A stretch of 42,286 nt of DNA from a virus (IMGVR_UViG_3300009963_000014:1-42286), one strand, 5' to 3'. Shown: positions 24,977 through 34,532, counted from the stretch's first letter. Notes: generated by a model from the letters alone, not told the origin. Numbers and translations: made by a program.

Positions 24977-26318
24977 TAGATTTTTCCGAATCTTTCACTC
25001 TTACGAACCCTTTTGTGCTTTTACCACCTGCCCGGAAAACACTTTTTTTCCAATCAGGATGATTATCCATGATCATGTTTATCTTTGTCGAAAGTTTCCT
25101 ATCATTTGAATTTCTCATAAATAAGTTGTACATCATTTCACGAGTCGAGACCTTATCTAGTTTTTTGATACCAGGTTCAAAGTCGCTACTATTATCAAAA
25201 TATTTACTTGTGTATTGATGTTGTTGCTGAATAGACCAGTTTTGCCAATTTTCAGGGACGGGCATATCAAGATATTCAAGCACCTGTAATTCAACTTCAT
25301 CACGATACATGAACCGCTCTCGATAGATGTTCAGCTCTTCTTCTGTCTTCTTATCAAACATCAAATCAACACCAGTTTTATAGATTGTGACAGCCTCGCC
25401 CCAAATCTGCTCAATTGTCTCAGGTTCGATTTCCATCGGATGTCTCTTCTGCTTGCTAGCATCTGCCATCACAGATAAGAACCGTCGTTCCCCTGTCTTA
25501 TCCTTAAGGTATTCTTTTTGGTTCGTCGTCCTTGCTAAGATGAAGTTCTTAGCGAACTCTTCGGTACGCTTCATGTAAGGCTTACGATACCGTAAGCTAG
25601 TTTTTGATATAAAGGCTTTCGTTTCAGCAAAGCTCATCCTATTACTGGCCACCATTTCATCATCGTTGACGATTAAACTTTTTAACATAATGTCGTAATT
25701 ATCTTTATTAGAGAAATCTGTTACGGCATCCGTATACCATTCGCCACCCAATTTTTGAAGGAGGGATGTTTTCCCAACTCCTTGTCCACCGACCAGGTCC
25801 AGAACATAGTCAAACTTAACGTATGGATCATAAACTTTAGCAACTGCACCAACTAGCCACATTTGAGCGATTTTAGAAATTAAAGGGATATCTTCAGCGC
25901 CGAGATATACTTGAAGCATGCGGTCAATCCGGTTTCTGCCGTCCCACTTTTCAGCTGCTCTCTCCATATACTCAACAACTGGATTGTATGATCTTTCTGA
26001 AAAGAAAGTCTCCATGCCATCAAGCATCGCTTGGTTTGAGAAAGCAACACCTAATACACTTTCAAAGTAAACTTTTACGACTGAATCAAAGTTAGAAGGG
26101 AGCTCACCTTTTTTAAAAAGAGTATTGCCAATCTTGATATCTTTAAGGAGTTCATGTTCCTGGGAAAAATCATTGTGTTTTAAATAAATACTTAGTTGAT
26201 CATCAGCTTTAAACGCTACAAGTACATTCATCGGGCTGTTCGCTTTGATGTCACCTTTTGCATTTGTGATCATTCTGTCTTGTGAATTTATACTCACTAC
26301 ATCACCGATTTCTCTCAC
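24969..26318 (-). CDS. VirE / D5-P4-type primase-associated helicase
   Basis: 449 aa. Walker A GGQGVGKTS and Walker B LIVNDDE. Follows the PrimPol gene. Confidence 0.85.
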   Translation of the reverse strand: MREIGDVVSINSQDRMITNAKGDIKANSPMNVLVAFKADDQLSIYLKHNDFSQEHELLKDIKIGNTLFKKGELPSNFDSVVKVYFESVLGVAFSNQAMLDGMETFFSERSYNPVVEYMERAAEKWDGRNRIDRMLQVYLGAEDIPLISKIAQMWLVGAVAKVYDPYVKFDYVLDLVGGQGVGKTSLLQKLGGEWYTDAVTDFSNKDNYDIMLKSLIVNDDEMVASNRMSFAETKAFISKTSLRYRKPYMKRTEEFAKNFILARTTNQKEYLKDKTGERRFLSVMADASKQKRHPMEIEPETIEQIWGEAVTIYKTGVDLMFDKKTEEELNIYRERFMYRDEVELQVLEYLDMPVPENWQNWSIQQQHQYTSKYFDNSSDFEPGIKKLDKVSTREMMYNLFMRNSNDRKLSTKINMIMDNHPDWKKSVFRAGGKSTKGFVRVKDSEKSNR

Positions 26319-27136
26319 CTCCTATCTTTTTTAATCATACTTTCAACAGTACGCATTACTTCCTTTTCTGATAGAGGATTTCGACTGTTAGTATTTGCCA
26401 GTCTTGCAAGTTGAATTACTACTTCATCATCAACTGCTCGATATAATAGACCACCTACGAATTTTGCTAGTTTGTCATTTCGCCCACCCTCATCACCAAA
26501 GCCAAGGCAGATGGTTTCAAAGAGATCTGTAGTCTGTGTTCGTTCTCTAGTATGTGAACGTCTAGCTAAGTCCCTAAGACCATCCTTACCATCATACTTA
26601 TAGCCATGAGTTTCGCCATACTGTTTTTTAATAGCCTGGATTAATTCTTTTGAAGGAGTAATCATAGTACCACCTTCCTTAGATTTTTCCAGATCCCACT
26701 CATACTGCCCTTTTTCTGTTGCTGACGGAGCAACCAAAACATAATTGTTTTCATGGGCTTTGATGTCAACACCTGGTAAGAAATTAATCATTTGAGTGAT
26801 AGGGGTATCCTCTCTCTTAAAATAAAAGAGGTGTTTCCCACCGCTTGCCGTCTTAGCTTGCAGTGTCGGTTCAATCAATCCCAAATATTTCCATTTTTTA
26901 AGTGACTCAAAGCCGTTGGAATTGCCGTGCTTATCGATATCGATAACAAAAAAGTTAGTTGTTTTTAAAGCTATATTTGCATTAGGGTAGCCATCCCAAA
27001 AGTTTTCAATTTCAGCTGTAGTCATGGCAGGCTTGTCGGCAAATTCAATCAAAGGCATCTTATTCTTTGGATTGATGGGTATTACTGAAAATCCCAATTT
27101 TTGATACTGCAATGCGTATTCTTTCATTGACGGCAT
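26315..27136 (-). CDS. Bifunctional DNA primase/polymerase (PrimPol, AEP family)
   Basis: 273 aa. LGFSVIPI... and FFVIDIDKH motifs. Confidence 0.8.
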   Translation of the reverse strand: MPSMKEYALQYQKLGFSVIPINPKNKMPLIEFADKPAMTTAEIENFWDGYPNANIALKTTNFFVIDIDKHGNSNGFESLKKWKYLGLIEPTLQAKTASGGKHLFYFKREDTPITQMINFLPGVDIKAHENNYVLVAPSATEKGQYEWDLEKSKEGGTMITPSKELIQAIKKQYGETHGYKYDGKDGLRDLARRSHTRERTQTTDLFETICLGFGDEGGRNDKLAKFVGGLLYRAVDDEVVIQLARLANTNSRNPLSEKEVMRTVESMIKKDRR

Positions 27137-27308
27137 GATTACTTCTCCTCTTTGTAAATATAAACAAGTTCTTGGGCCATATAATTTGATTGATATTCAT
27201 CTTCAGTCATTTTTAAATAAAATAACAACGATTGATAAGCGTCTTCAAATGTATTGAATGGTCCTAATCTTTCATCAGTTTCATCAATGACCCAAAACTT
27301 ACTATTAT

Positions 27309-27842
27309 TTAGAAAGGGAGGTCATCATCATCAAATTTTGGTGTTGCTTCGACTTTGTTTCCAATATATTCTTCAAGATCATAATTGTAACCTGTCGATT
27401 TGTCACGTTTGGTGTATTCATCAATAACCAAGATAAATTTTGTACCGACTGCCTTACGCTTCAAAGCCTCTTCCATAGACTTATTGTCCTCAAGGTCTGC
27501 ACCACGCATTTTGTCATCTGCTAGTTCAAGAGTTTTTTGGAAAAATTTGACCGTTGTTTCAACCATATTTGTCAAATCCATCTTCTTACCGTCTTTTACC
27601 CAATCAACAAGGGTTCCCATACCAATGAATTGTGTACGACCGTTGAATGGACTTTCTGGATCACGGACTTCGAAGGCGTAATTGATAGATTCCCATTTGC
27701 TATCAGCAATACGGGCCTCAACACTTGTTAAAATAACCTGATATTCACCACCGGGAAGATGCTGGTTTCCGTTATTAACTTTGTCTTTCCGTGGATCATA
27801 TCCGTTAGCCTTTAATTGTTTTGCAATATCATATAAACTCAT
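27309..27842 (-). CDS. DUF669-family phage protein (probable ssDNA-binding/recombination accessory)
   Basis: 177 aa with an acidic C-terminal tail DDDDLPF. Conserved partner of the AAA_24 ATPase. Confidence 0.7.
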   Translation of the reverse strand: MSLYDIAKQLKANGYDPRKDKVNNGNQHLPGGEYQVILTSVEARIADSKWESINYAFEVRDPESPFNGRTQFIGMGTLVDWVKDGKKMDLTNMVETTVKFFQKTLELADDKMRGADLEDNKSMEEALKRKAVGTKFILVIDEYTKRDKSTGYNYDLEEYIGNKVEATPKFDDDDLPF

Positions 27843-27861
27843 ATTTTTTCTCCTCTATTTC

Positions 27862-28635
27862 TTAAAAAATATCATCTTCAGCAGCTACTTCAACTTCTTT
27901 AGGTGCTTCTGTTTTTGGGGTCTTTGTTGATTTGGTAGCTGTCATAGTAACAGCACCGTCAATTGTCTGCAAAATCTTCAAAATTGCCTTATCGTCAATC
28001 TGGTCAGATTTGTAAGTTTTACGTTTGCGGATAACCTCTCGGTTGTAGTTGTTCCCAAGTTTTTCAGTCCGAATCATCAAGTCTGAGTTTCCATTGATGA
28101 GGTTGACATATTTCTCACGTAAACTTGGTAAAGTCTTAACTGCTTTTCCATCGTCATTGTATTCAGTGATTTCACGGCTGATGTAGATAACATTCATTGG
28201 TAGAGCTTTAAGATCAATAACCAATTCTGTCAAAGCTTGATTGAAATAATCATAACCTTTACCGTATCCGATTTCTGATAGTGACTTAACATCAAATTCA
28301 CCACATACAGCAATTTTGATCATGTCAATAACATCGTCAATAACATCAACTACTACTGTTTCATAAGTATGTTTTTGTGTTTGAAGAGCCAGTAAGATTT
28401 CACTAAGCTGCTCAATCACTGATTTTATGATATGACCGTTCTTGTCCTTTTCGTTAACAAGTTGGATTGCTGGAACACTATTTGCGCTAGCGTTTCCGTC
28501 CGTATTTAAAATGATAGGGTTTGGAAATTCGTTGGCCAGGTAAGATTTTCCGCTCATTGTAGCCCCATAGAAAAAAAAATTTCTTGGAGTATCCACTGGA
28601 ACTCGTGGTTTATTTGCTGGAAGTGTAAATGCCAT
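27862..28635 (-). CDS. RecA-like AAA ATPase (AAA_24 family)
   Basis: 257 aa. Walker A GATMSGKS. Confidence 0.8.
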   Translation of the reverse strand: MAFTLPANKPRVPVDTPRNFFFYGATMSGKSYLANEFPNPIILNTDGNASANSVPAIQLVNEKDKNGHIIKSVIEQLSEILLALQTQKHTYETVVVDVIDDVIDMIKIAVCGEFDVKSLSEIGYGKGYDYFNQALTELVIDLKALPMNVIYISREITEYNDDGKAVKTLPSLREKYVNLINGNSDLMIRTEKLGNNYNREVIRKRKTYKSDQIDDKAILKILQTIDGAVTMTATKSTKTPKTEAPKEVEVAAEDDIF

Positions 28636-28952
28636 TAGAGAAGCCCTCCAATAATATCCTTAATCATGTCCTCAATTGATGAACGGTCACGCTTGATAGG
28701 TTCAACTTCTGAGCCATTCGGATAGGTCAATTTGTATTCCGCTTCAACAGCGACAATTTCACAGTCAAAAGCTGCAGCAAGAGCCTTGTAAGTCTTTTTG
28801 TTGTCTTCGTATTTTTTACGAGGAAGCTTCAAACAATGTTCCAAGCAGCAAAAGTCAGCTACAAATGCCAAAGAACTTTTGTCCTTGTAAGATTTAAGAA
28901 ATTCTCCAGTTTTACGGCTACGCAATACGATCATTCCAGTTGTTTTATTCAT
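28635..28952 (-). CDS. Hypothetical protein
   Basis: 105-aa ORF, coupled to its neighbours. Confidence 0.7.
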   Translation of the reverse strand: MNKTTGMIVLRSRKTGEFLKSYKDKSSLAFVADFCCLEHCLKLPRKKYEDNKKTYKALAAAFDCEIVAVEAEYKLTYPNGSEVEPIKRDRSSIEDMIKDIIGGLL

Positions 28953-28969
28953 TTTGTTTTCCTCTTTTT

Positions 28970-30163
28970 TTAACTTTCTTTATAATAAAATTCAATTACA
29001 TTTACATCATGTTGCTGACGACTTCCTGTTATGCGCCACAGCAATTGTCGATAGTCGTCATATTCCCCAGAACTTTCTTCTACAGGGTCCAGAACAACGA
29101 TTGTTTGGTATTTGTGTTGTAAGCCATCAACACCCACTCCCAAGACTTGGTTGGTAGCAACGACCACTTGATTACCAAGACCGTCTTGAATATCCCCTGT
29201 CCATATGCCAATATCTGGATGACGTTCTCGAATAACATTTACAATCTGCTTGGACTTGCTGACAATCAGCATATCGTGTGGTGCTCGTTCGATTAGTCCA
29301 TCTAATTTTAATAGTAAGGGCGTATCAGCGTTGACTGGTTTTAATTTTGGGAAATCGACTGCTACGCCCGTTTGATTAAGATAGCGCTCAAAAGTCTTCC
29401 TTCCAAATGATTGTTTAGCCATTGCAGTCTTGCCACCTACCCTTACAAGATTTAGCCTTCTAAATTCCGCCAGCTTATCGCTGTTCCCTGGTTCTACCTT
29501 GACTGGATAAAATTTAATTTCAAAACCGTTGTTTTCAACTGCATTTTCGATTTCTTCGATTTCTTCCCATCTGAAGAAATTTGGTAAATCTGAGATGTAT
29601 TTCTCATAATCTCTGAAATCTTCCCACTTTTCTTTTGAATAACTAAATGGATCATAGACCATTTTTCCATGAGTCTTTTGCCAGTCAAATTTATTATTTG
29701 GGGTTGCCCAACCAAATACCGTTTTTTCAAGCGGATAGAAATTTTGTCCTTTTTTCCGAATTGGTGTCGCTGAAAGACCTATCGTGTATTTTCGCTTTAT
29801 TTTGCGATATAAGGCCACCTGTTTGTCAGAAGACATATTCTGCCATTCGTCTACTATCAGCACATCACAATCTAATTTATGCCCCTTTTTGACTTGATTT
29901 TGAAGATATCTATCTGTCTGAATGATAATCTCAACACCTTTATCAAAATTCATAAACTTGACTGCATCTATCCAACCATTCAGAATAGCTAGTCGATTGT
30001 TTGTGATGATGATTTTTTTAGCTTTTTTATGTTTTGCAATAGCAAGTGCACAGATAGTTTTGCCTCTGCCTCCAAGAGCCTCTAAAAAGATTCCATTAGA
30101 TAAATGTTCACTTCTTTTAATCGCTTCAGCTTGCCACTTTCTTAGCGTTATTGTGATACTCAC
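28970..30163 (-). CDS. DEAD/DEAH-box (SF2) helicase
   Basis: 397 aa. Motif I GGRGKT and motif II LIVDEWQ. GTG start. Confidence 0.85.
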   Translation of the reverse strand: MSITITLRKWQAEAIKRSEHLSNGIFLEALGGRGKTICALAIAKHKKAKKIIITNNRLAILNGWIDAVKFMNFDKGVEIIIQTDRYLQNQVKKGHKLDCDVLIVDEWQNMSSDKQVALYRKIKRKYTIGLSATPIRKKGQNFYPLEKTVFGWATPNNKFDWQKTHGKMVYDPFSYSKEKWEDFRDYEKYISDLPNFFRWEEIEEIENAVENNGFEIKFYPVKVEPGNSDKLAEFRRLNLVRVGGKTAMAKQSFGRKTFERYLNQTGVAVDFPKLKPVNADTPLLLKLDGLIERAPHDMLIVSKSKQIVNVIRERHPDIGIWTGDIQDGLGNQVVVATNQVLGVGVDGLQHKYQTIVVLDPVEESSGEYDDYRQLLWRITGSRQQHDVNVIEFYYKES

Positions 30164-30614
30164 TCACCACCTTTCCGATATCATGAACCACTTCTTCAAT
30201 ATCATTTCTCATTGCCCAAAATAATCCAAGTCTTGCCGCTGCTCGAATATCTTGATGATGACTTTTTTCAAATTTCCAAAGGTCTAATATTTTCAAAAGA
30301 TCGTTTGGAATATCCGACTTATACCCTGCATTATTCTGTAAGATTAAATTCGGATAACAAAGCTGAATATAAGCTATGGTCTCAAGCACGCTATTATCTT
30401 TGGACTTGTCATTATCTCTAACTTTGTATTCCTCAACAACGACTACATCAAATTCAAGACTCTCTCCGATTTCATGAAACCAATCAGCGAAACCTCTCAT
30501 ACCATAAGAGACAACCCAGCTATCAATTAATCTTGCATTATCCAACAAGACAACTCCTGTTGTGCTGGTTTCAATTTTATTACTGCTTGGATCAATAGCT
30601 AAAATTTTCATCAA
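30126..30614 (-). CDS. RuvC-like Holliday junction resolvase
   Basis: 162 aa. N-terminal KILAIDPSS catalytic Asp motif. Confidence 0.7.
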   Translation of the reverse strand: MMKILAIDPSSNKIETSTTGVVLLDNARLIDSWVVSYGMRGFADWFHEIGESLEFDVVVVEEYKVRDNDKSKDNSVLETIAYIQLCYPNLILQNNAGYKSDIPNDLLKILDLWKFEKSHHQDIRAAARLGLFWAMRNDIEEVVHDIGKVVSEYHNNAKKVAS

Positions 30615-30715
30615 ACACCAACTTTCTCAGTCAGCACTCCCGGATAAAGGGCAGTGTTAAACCAATTTTGTTTATTCACCTTTGCAAAGGCAAATAGCGA
30701 TTTAACTTCTTTTGC

Positions 30716-30970
30716 TTATTTTTCGAATTTTCGAATATCTTCTTCCGATTCAAAGATAGGTTTTTCCTTATATTTAGCGACTGTTACCAGCTTGTACTCT
30801 GGAGTAAATACCGGCTTTTCATTTCCTTGATCAAGATTTGTTTCATCTACTTTTACAAAGCGAATTGCAACATCAAATAGAAAACCTTCAGTAACAAGTA
30901 CTTCAATCGATTCTGGTCCAATCACAACTGCTAGTGAATCTGTTACTCGTGTTTTATTCATCAATTCCAT
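30716..30970 (-). CDS. Hypothetical protein
   Basis: 84-aa ORF. Confidence 0.65.
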   Translation of the reverse strand: MELMNKTRVTDSLAVVIGPESIEVLVTEGFLFDVAIRFVKVDETNLDQGNEKPVFTPEYKLVTVAKYKEKPIFESEEDIRKFEK

Positions 30971-31452
30971 TACTTAATCACCAACTTTTCTGTCCGGACA
31001 AGTTCCGCACCTTTAATTTTCTTACCAGTCTTCAACAATTCTTTGAGTGTTTTTTTGTCCGGTTTCGATTCAATCTTCTTAGCAAAGTACTTCTTAGGCA
31101 GTAAGTCTTCATCCACTTGAACAGACTCACGATTTTTCTGCACTTTCAAAGTCAGCGCACCACTTCTGACTTCTGTCTGACCTGTGACATTCATAGCTGC
31201 CATAATATTATCCTTGACATAATCCAGCTTTTTCTGGGCCGCCTGTTTCTTGGCTTTGAAGCTCTCTTCCTCAGCCTCATACATGGCCACGTCGGCTTCT
31301 AGATTCTTGATAACATGGGCATATCCTTCTGCTTTCTGTTCGAATTGTTCTTGCCAATCAATAGCCTCAAGCGTGTCCGTTTTTGTTTCGTCGTCAATAT
31401 CCATTTGATAAATTGTCAGAAACTGACCTGTCAGTTCGTATAAACTAGCCAT
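30970..31452 (-). CDS. Siphovirus Gp157-family protein
   Basis: 160 aa. MASLYELTGQF...DTLEAI...coiled coil is typical of Gp157. Confidence 0.75.
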   Translation of the reverse strand: MASLYELTGQFLTIYQMDIDDETKTDTLEAIDWQEQFEQKAEGYAHVIKNLEADVAMYEAEEESFKAKKQAAQKKLDYVKDNIMAAMNVTGQTEVRSGALTLKVQKNRESVQVDEDLLPKKYFAKKIESKPDKKTLKELLKTGKKIKGAELVRTEKLVIK

Positions 31453-32209
31453 CTTTTTCTACCTCTCTGATTTTGTTTGTAAGTTTTGTTAGTCCAATAC
31501 CTGATTTGGTTAAATCAGCGTTGGACGTGAATAAATGATTTTGATTCATTCTAGCAATTTCGTTTTTAGATAAACATGCCAGGTTTGAAATATCATAGTT
31601 TGTTTTATCACCGTCCAGGAAAACAATTGAGTACCCTTTTGGTATCGGCCCGTGATGATCCTCCCAGACTTTACGATGTTTCAAAACCCATCGATTAGGC
31701 TCCCCGATTTTTTCTTTTGGATAACCGTCTGTTGTGTAGTTGATAGTGCCGACAGGTACATAATTCGGAGGTCGATTACCTTTTTTAAACTGCCCGCTGT
31801 TTTTTGGCATATTGGGGTATTTCTTCCCCTTATTGTGAGGAGTCTGACCTTTCTCAAACCTCCCTGTCAACCCACTATGTAGATTATTCCTTCTCCGATA
31901 ATTCCTAATCTGTTTCTCAGTCAGTGATAATCCGAATTTTTGGTTCATTTCATTTGCGACATCACGAGAAATCTTATTTTTTTGGATCGATACAAGGTAA
32001 TCGTGTTGTTCTTTTGTCAATAATTTACCTTGATAGATTTTTCCAACCGGTAATCCAAGGCGTTCGCGTACGCCACCTATTTGAGCCTTGGTATAGTTTG
32101 TCCCAAATTTCTCATTTAGTAACCTAGTTACTTCGGGAGTTAATCGACCAGGGCATATTTCATGCATGTACTCCGTGTACTCATCCTTCCAGCAAAGCGA
32201 TCGGGGCAT
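31445..32209 (-). CDS. HNH homing-type endonuclease (HNH_3)
   Basis: The ATG at 32209 has AGGTGA upstream. C-terminus HRKVWEDHHGPIPKGYSIVFLDGDKTNYDISNL. Confidence 0.8.
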   Translation of the reverse strand: MPRSLCWKDEYTEYMHEICPGRLTPEVTRLLNEKFGTNYTKAQIGGVRERLGLPVGKIYQGKLLTKEQHDYLVSIQKNKISRDVANEMNQKFGLSLTEKQIRNYRRRNNLHSGLTGRFEKGQTPHNKGKKYPNMPKNSGQFKKGNRPPNYVPVGTINYTTDGYPKEKIGEPNRWVLKHRKVWEDHHGPIPKGYSIVFLDGDKTNYDISNLACLSKNEIARMNQNHLFTSNADLTKSGIGLTKLTNKIREVEKDG

Positions 32210-32411
32210 TGACTTCACCTACCTTGTCTTTGAACTTCTCGGCATCCAAGGCCAATTGACCTGCTTGTAAGATTTGACCTGAGATAGCGACCATTTGTTT
32301 CGAGCGCTGCAATTCCACTTTTAATTCATCATCAGTAAGATCTCTATCGTCCAACGTTTCTAGTTGGGCAAAAAGAGTATTGGTTAAATCTGTCAATTTA
32401 TTTCGAACCAT
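32181..32411 (-). CDS. Hypothetical protein
   Basis: 76-aa ORF. Confidence 0.65.
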   Translation of the reverse strand: MVRNKLTDLTNTLFAQLETLDDRDLTDDELKVELQRSKQMVAISGQILQAGQLALDAEKFKDKVGEVNAPIALLEG

Positions 32412-32753
32412 CTACTTCGTCACCTCTTTCATCAATTTATTTGCTTCTTTGATCAGCAAACGCATAACGTTGCTATCCGTTTCTTTCTCTGCTGCTCTTG
32501 TCAGCATATCCACCCACTCACGTCTAGTATCATTCTTCCAGTCGACCAACTCCGTGAGCGCTTGTGTGTGATTAAAGTAAGGCGAGTAATCGTATGACTT
32601 ATCTTCCAAGCGAACGCATCTGCCTGCCTTGATGTCTTTGGCCAGGTTCGCTCTCACATTACTATTTGTTGTACCAACGACCTCAGCTACTTCATCATAT
32701 GAGGCAGCAGGGTGCTCTCTATAATATTCCCTAATTCGTTCCGCTTGAGTCAT
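32412..32753 (-). CDS. Putative HTH DNA-binding protein
   Basis: 113 aa. SYDEVAEVVGTTNSNVRANLAKD resembles a helix-turn-helix. Confidence 0.65.
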   Translation of the reverse strand: MTQAERIREYYREHPAASYDEVAEVVGTTNSNVRANLAKDIKAGRCVRLEDKSYDYSPYFNHTQALTELVDWKNDTRREWVDMLTRAAEKETDSNVMRLLIKEANKLMKEVTK

Positions 32754-32764
32754 TTGTCCTCTCC

Positions 32765-32995
32765 TTACACGTTCATATTCACGTTTGAACTTGCATCTTC
32801 AATCAATGCTTTCAAATCGTTTTGATATTTATCAATTAGTTGTCTATTGTTGTTTACAAAATTTTCAACAACTTGTCCAAGAAATTCTTGAGTTGGAATT
32901 CCTTTGATATCAGCCAGTAATTTTACAAATTCTTTCTGTTCCTCAGTCACTTCTGCTCTGAGAAATGACTTCCCTTTATGATGTAAATCCATCAA
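32765..32995 (-). CDS. Hypothetical protein
   Basis: 76-aa ORF. Confidence 0.65.
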   Translation of the reverse strand: MMDLHHKGKSFLRAEVTEEQKEFVKLLADIKGIPTQEFLGQVVENFVNNNRQLIDKYQNDLKALIEDASSNVNMNV

Positions 32996-33080
32996 TCATA
33001 CGCCCTTCCTTTAAATTCATTTTTGATTTCCACGCTCTCACATTTCACACATTCAAGAGGTAGATAAATCCCACGCTTGT

Positions 33081-33407
33081 CTATCCCATACGATTTGCAT
33101 ATTGCACTCTCCGTGGTTCTGGCAATGCTAGAGGCTCAGGGCGCAAACCTACAGGCGGTTCGTTGTCGTATGTAAATCCCTTGAACGGACGACGAATATT
33201 CTTGCGAATTTCTTGGCGCTCTGCCTCTCTACCACGTTCGTATGCATGGTTGTACCCTTGGATAATCATAGACGCAAATTCTTGCTCTTCTCGTCTTTCT
33301 TCTTCCTTGCGTTGTTCCTGCAATTTGATATGACGACAAGCTCCTGCAAATCCAATCAGCAAACTTCCTACTCCCATTAATTGATTTAAAATCGGTGGTT
33401 CAAACAT
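33081..33407 (-). CDS. Hypothetical membrane-anchored protein
   Basis: 108 aa. N-terminal hydrophobic helix followed by a charged E/R-rich region. Confidence 0.65.
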   Translation of the reverse strand: MFEPPILNQLMGVGSLLIGFAGACRHIKLQEQRKEEERREEQEFASMIIQGYNHAYERGREAERQEIRKNIRRPFKGFTYDNEPPVGLRPEPLALPEPRRVQYANRMG

Positions 33408-33423
33408 TTGTTTCTCTCCTGTT

Positions 33424-33690
33424 TTAAATTACTAAATACGCTTGGATAAACTCATCCAATTCTTTTCTGTCAATTCTCTTGGTTCCGTCTATCTTGTAAA
33501 GATTCAATCCCATTCTTAACCATTTCCTGATAGTATTTGCACTACAATCTGAGTAGTTAGCAGCACTCTCTATTGATAGCCAACGTTTCTCCAACGTCTC
33601 ATGGTCAAGTAACTCTTGAAATGATTCCTTGAATTGAGTTCTTACATCTAATCGGATACCATTTTCACATTCTTCACTAAGTAGGTTCAC
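33424..33690 (-). CDS. MerR/excisionase-type HTH protein (possible Xis or early regulator)
   Basis: 88 aa. WLSIESAANYSDCSANTIRKWLRMGL resembles HTH_17. Confidence 0.65.
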   Translation of the reverse strand: MNLLSEECENGIRLDVRTQFKESFQELLDHETLEKRWLSIESAANYSDCSANTIRKWLRMGLNLYKIDGTKRIDRKELDEFIQAYLVI

Positions 33691-33720
33691 AATAGCCTCC
33701 TAATGTGTTATAATTCAGTT

Positions 33721-33762
33721 AGTTATATTAGTATGCGCCTGACTTCGTTAGGTGCTTTTTTT
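33721..33762 (+). ncRNA. Candidate ~40-nt RNA from a near-consensus promoter that fires directly into a terminator
   Basis: TTCACA-N17-(TGt)TATAAT at 33686-33714. Hairpin gcgccugac-uuc-guuaggugc at 33735-33755 (its two G-U pairs form only on the plus strand), then U7. Confidence 0.4.
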
Positions 33763-33770
33763 CGTTGTTG

Positions 33771-33914
33771 TCAAACTGTCTTACTTTCCAGCGCCCTGAG
33801 TTCTATCTCATGGCTGACTTGTCTAAATAGCTTCTCACACGCTATTTTTGCTTCTCTGTACGTTGTAGATTCGCTGATGAAGTAATCAGCAAGTTCAATG
33901 ACTTTATCTTCCAT
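33771..33914 (-). CDS. Possible 47-aa ORF
   Basis: Not in the ORF track. ATG at 33914 with AGGAG 6 nt upstream. Encodes MEDKVIELADYFISESTTYREAKIACEKLF.... Confidence 0.4.
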   Translation of the reverse strand: MEDKVIELADYFISESTTYREAKIACEKLFRQVSHEIELRALESKTV

Positions 33915-34030
33915 TCAGACTCCTATATCAGTCTTGAGACTGATGTTTTTTTCTCCTCGATTGCTATAATAATCTTGACTAGGACCTCTCACCGTTTTAG
34001 TCAAAATTCCAATAGAAAGGAAAAGATAGT

Positions 34031-34198
34031 ATGGCAAATACTCCAATAAAACCTGGAACAGATAATCAGAAACCTGGTCGCTATGTAGAGGTAGGACCTC
34101 GTGGTGGCAAAGTCGCTAATGGTCATACCGCAACTATCGAAAAAGGTGATCGGCTCCCTCCGACATCTGCTAAAGGCAACGGCTGGAAAAAAGTCTAA
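34031..34198 (+). CDS. YjzC-like small protein (55 aa)
   Basis: Not in the ORF track. Encodes MANTPIKPGTDNQKPGRYVEVGPRGGKVANGHTATIEKGDRLPPTSAKGNGWKKV, matching the YjzC pattern. Own TGcTATAAT promoter (33962-33970) and terminator. Confidence 0.7.
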   Translation: MANTPIKPGTDNQKPGRYVEVGPRGGKVANGHTATIEKGDRLPPTSAKGNGWKKV

Positions 34199-34338
34199 TC
34201 TTCGTTTGCGTACAATCGTTCAATGGTTGTACGCTTTTTCCATACACAAAAGCACATTCCAAAAAAATCAATTTGAATCCATGCTTCGGCGTAATCTTTC
34301 CCATTGCTGGCATAGTGAGTTATATAATGGTGAATCAT
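34195..34338 (-). CDS. Possible 47-aa ORF
   Basis: Not in the ORF track. AGGAGGAAGG RBS. Encodes MIHHYITHYASNGKDYAEAWIQIDFFGMCFCVWKK.... Confidence 0.4.
   Translation of the reverse strand: MIHHYITHYASNGKDYAEAWIQIDFFGMCFCVWKKRTTIERLYANED
34208..34239 (+). terminator. Rho-independent terminator of the YjzC-like gene
   Basis: gcguacaa-N11-uuguacgc followed by UUUUU. Confidence 0.65.
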
Positions 34339-34352
34339 TTTATTCCTTCCTC

Positions 34353-34478
34353 CTATTGAGTTACTTGAGAAGTATCATGAATGGCTTCATAGCTAAGACG
34401 CTTGAATTTTTCTAAGTCTATCTGTAAATTGATAGGCTTTTTTATTTCTCCACTATACGGATATCGTCTTGGTCTCAT
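34353..34478 (-). CDS. Possible 41-aa basic ORF
   Basis: Not in the ORF track. AAAGGAGGACGGAA-ATG. Encodes MRPRRYPYSGEIKKPINLQIDLEKFKRLSYEAIHDTSQVTQ. Confidence 0.5.
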   Translation of the reverse strand: MRPRRYPYSGEIKKPINLQIDLEKFKRLSYEAIHDTSQVTQ

Positions 34479-34532
34479 TTCCGTCCTCCTTTTTGTTTAT
34501 GGTATAATGAAATTAAAAACGAGGTAATTCGG

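Noticed and set aside
27137-27308. Possible small gene in the 170-nt gap between the DUF669 and PrimPol genes
   Set aside because: The open frame is closed by TGA codons just upstream, which leaves at most ~25 codons from a TTG or ATG without a convincing RBS.
33000-33125. Open frame encoding ...LECVKCESVEIKNEFKGRAYD (CxxC) overlapping the end of 33081-33407
   Set aside because: No start codon was found in the stretch inspected. It may be a frameshift product, but the sequence alone gives no support.
33703-33885. 60-aa plus-strand ORF
   Set aside because: It starts inside the promoter, contains the 33735-33762 terminator, and has no RBS.
34101-34415. 104-aa plus-strand ORF (GTG start)
   Set aside because: It is out of frame with the well-supported YjzC-like ORF and reads through that gene's terminator. 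It has no RBS.
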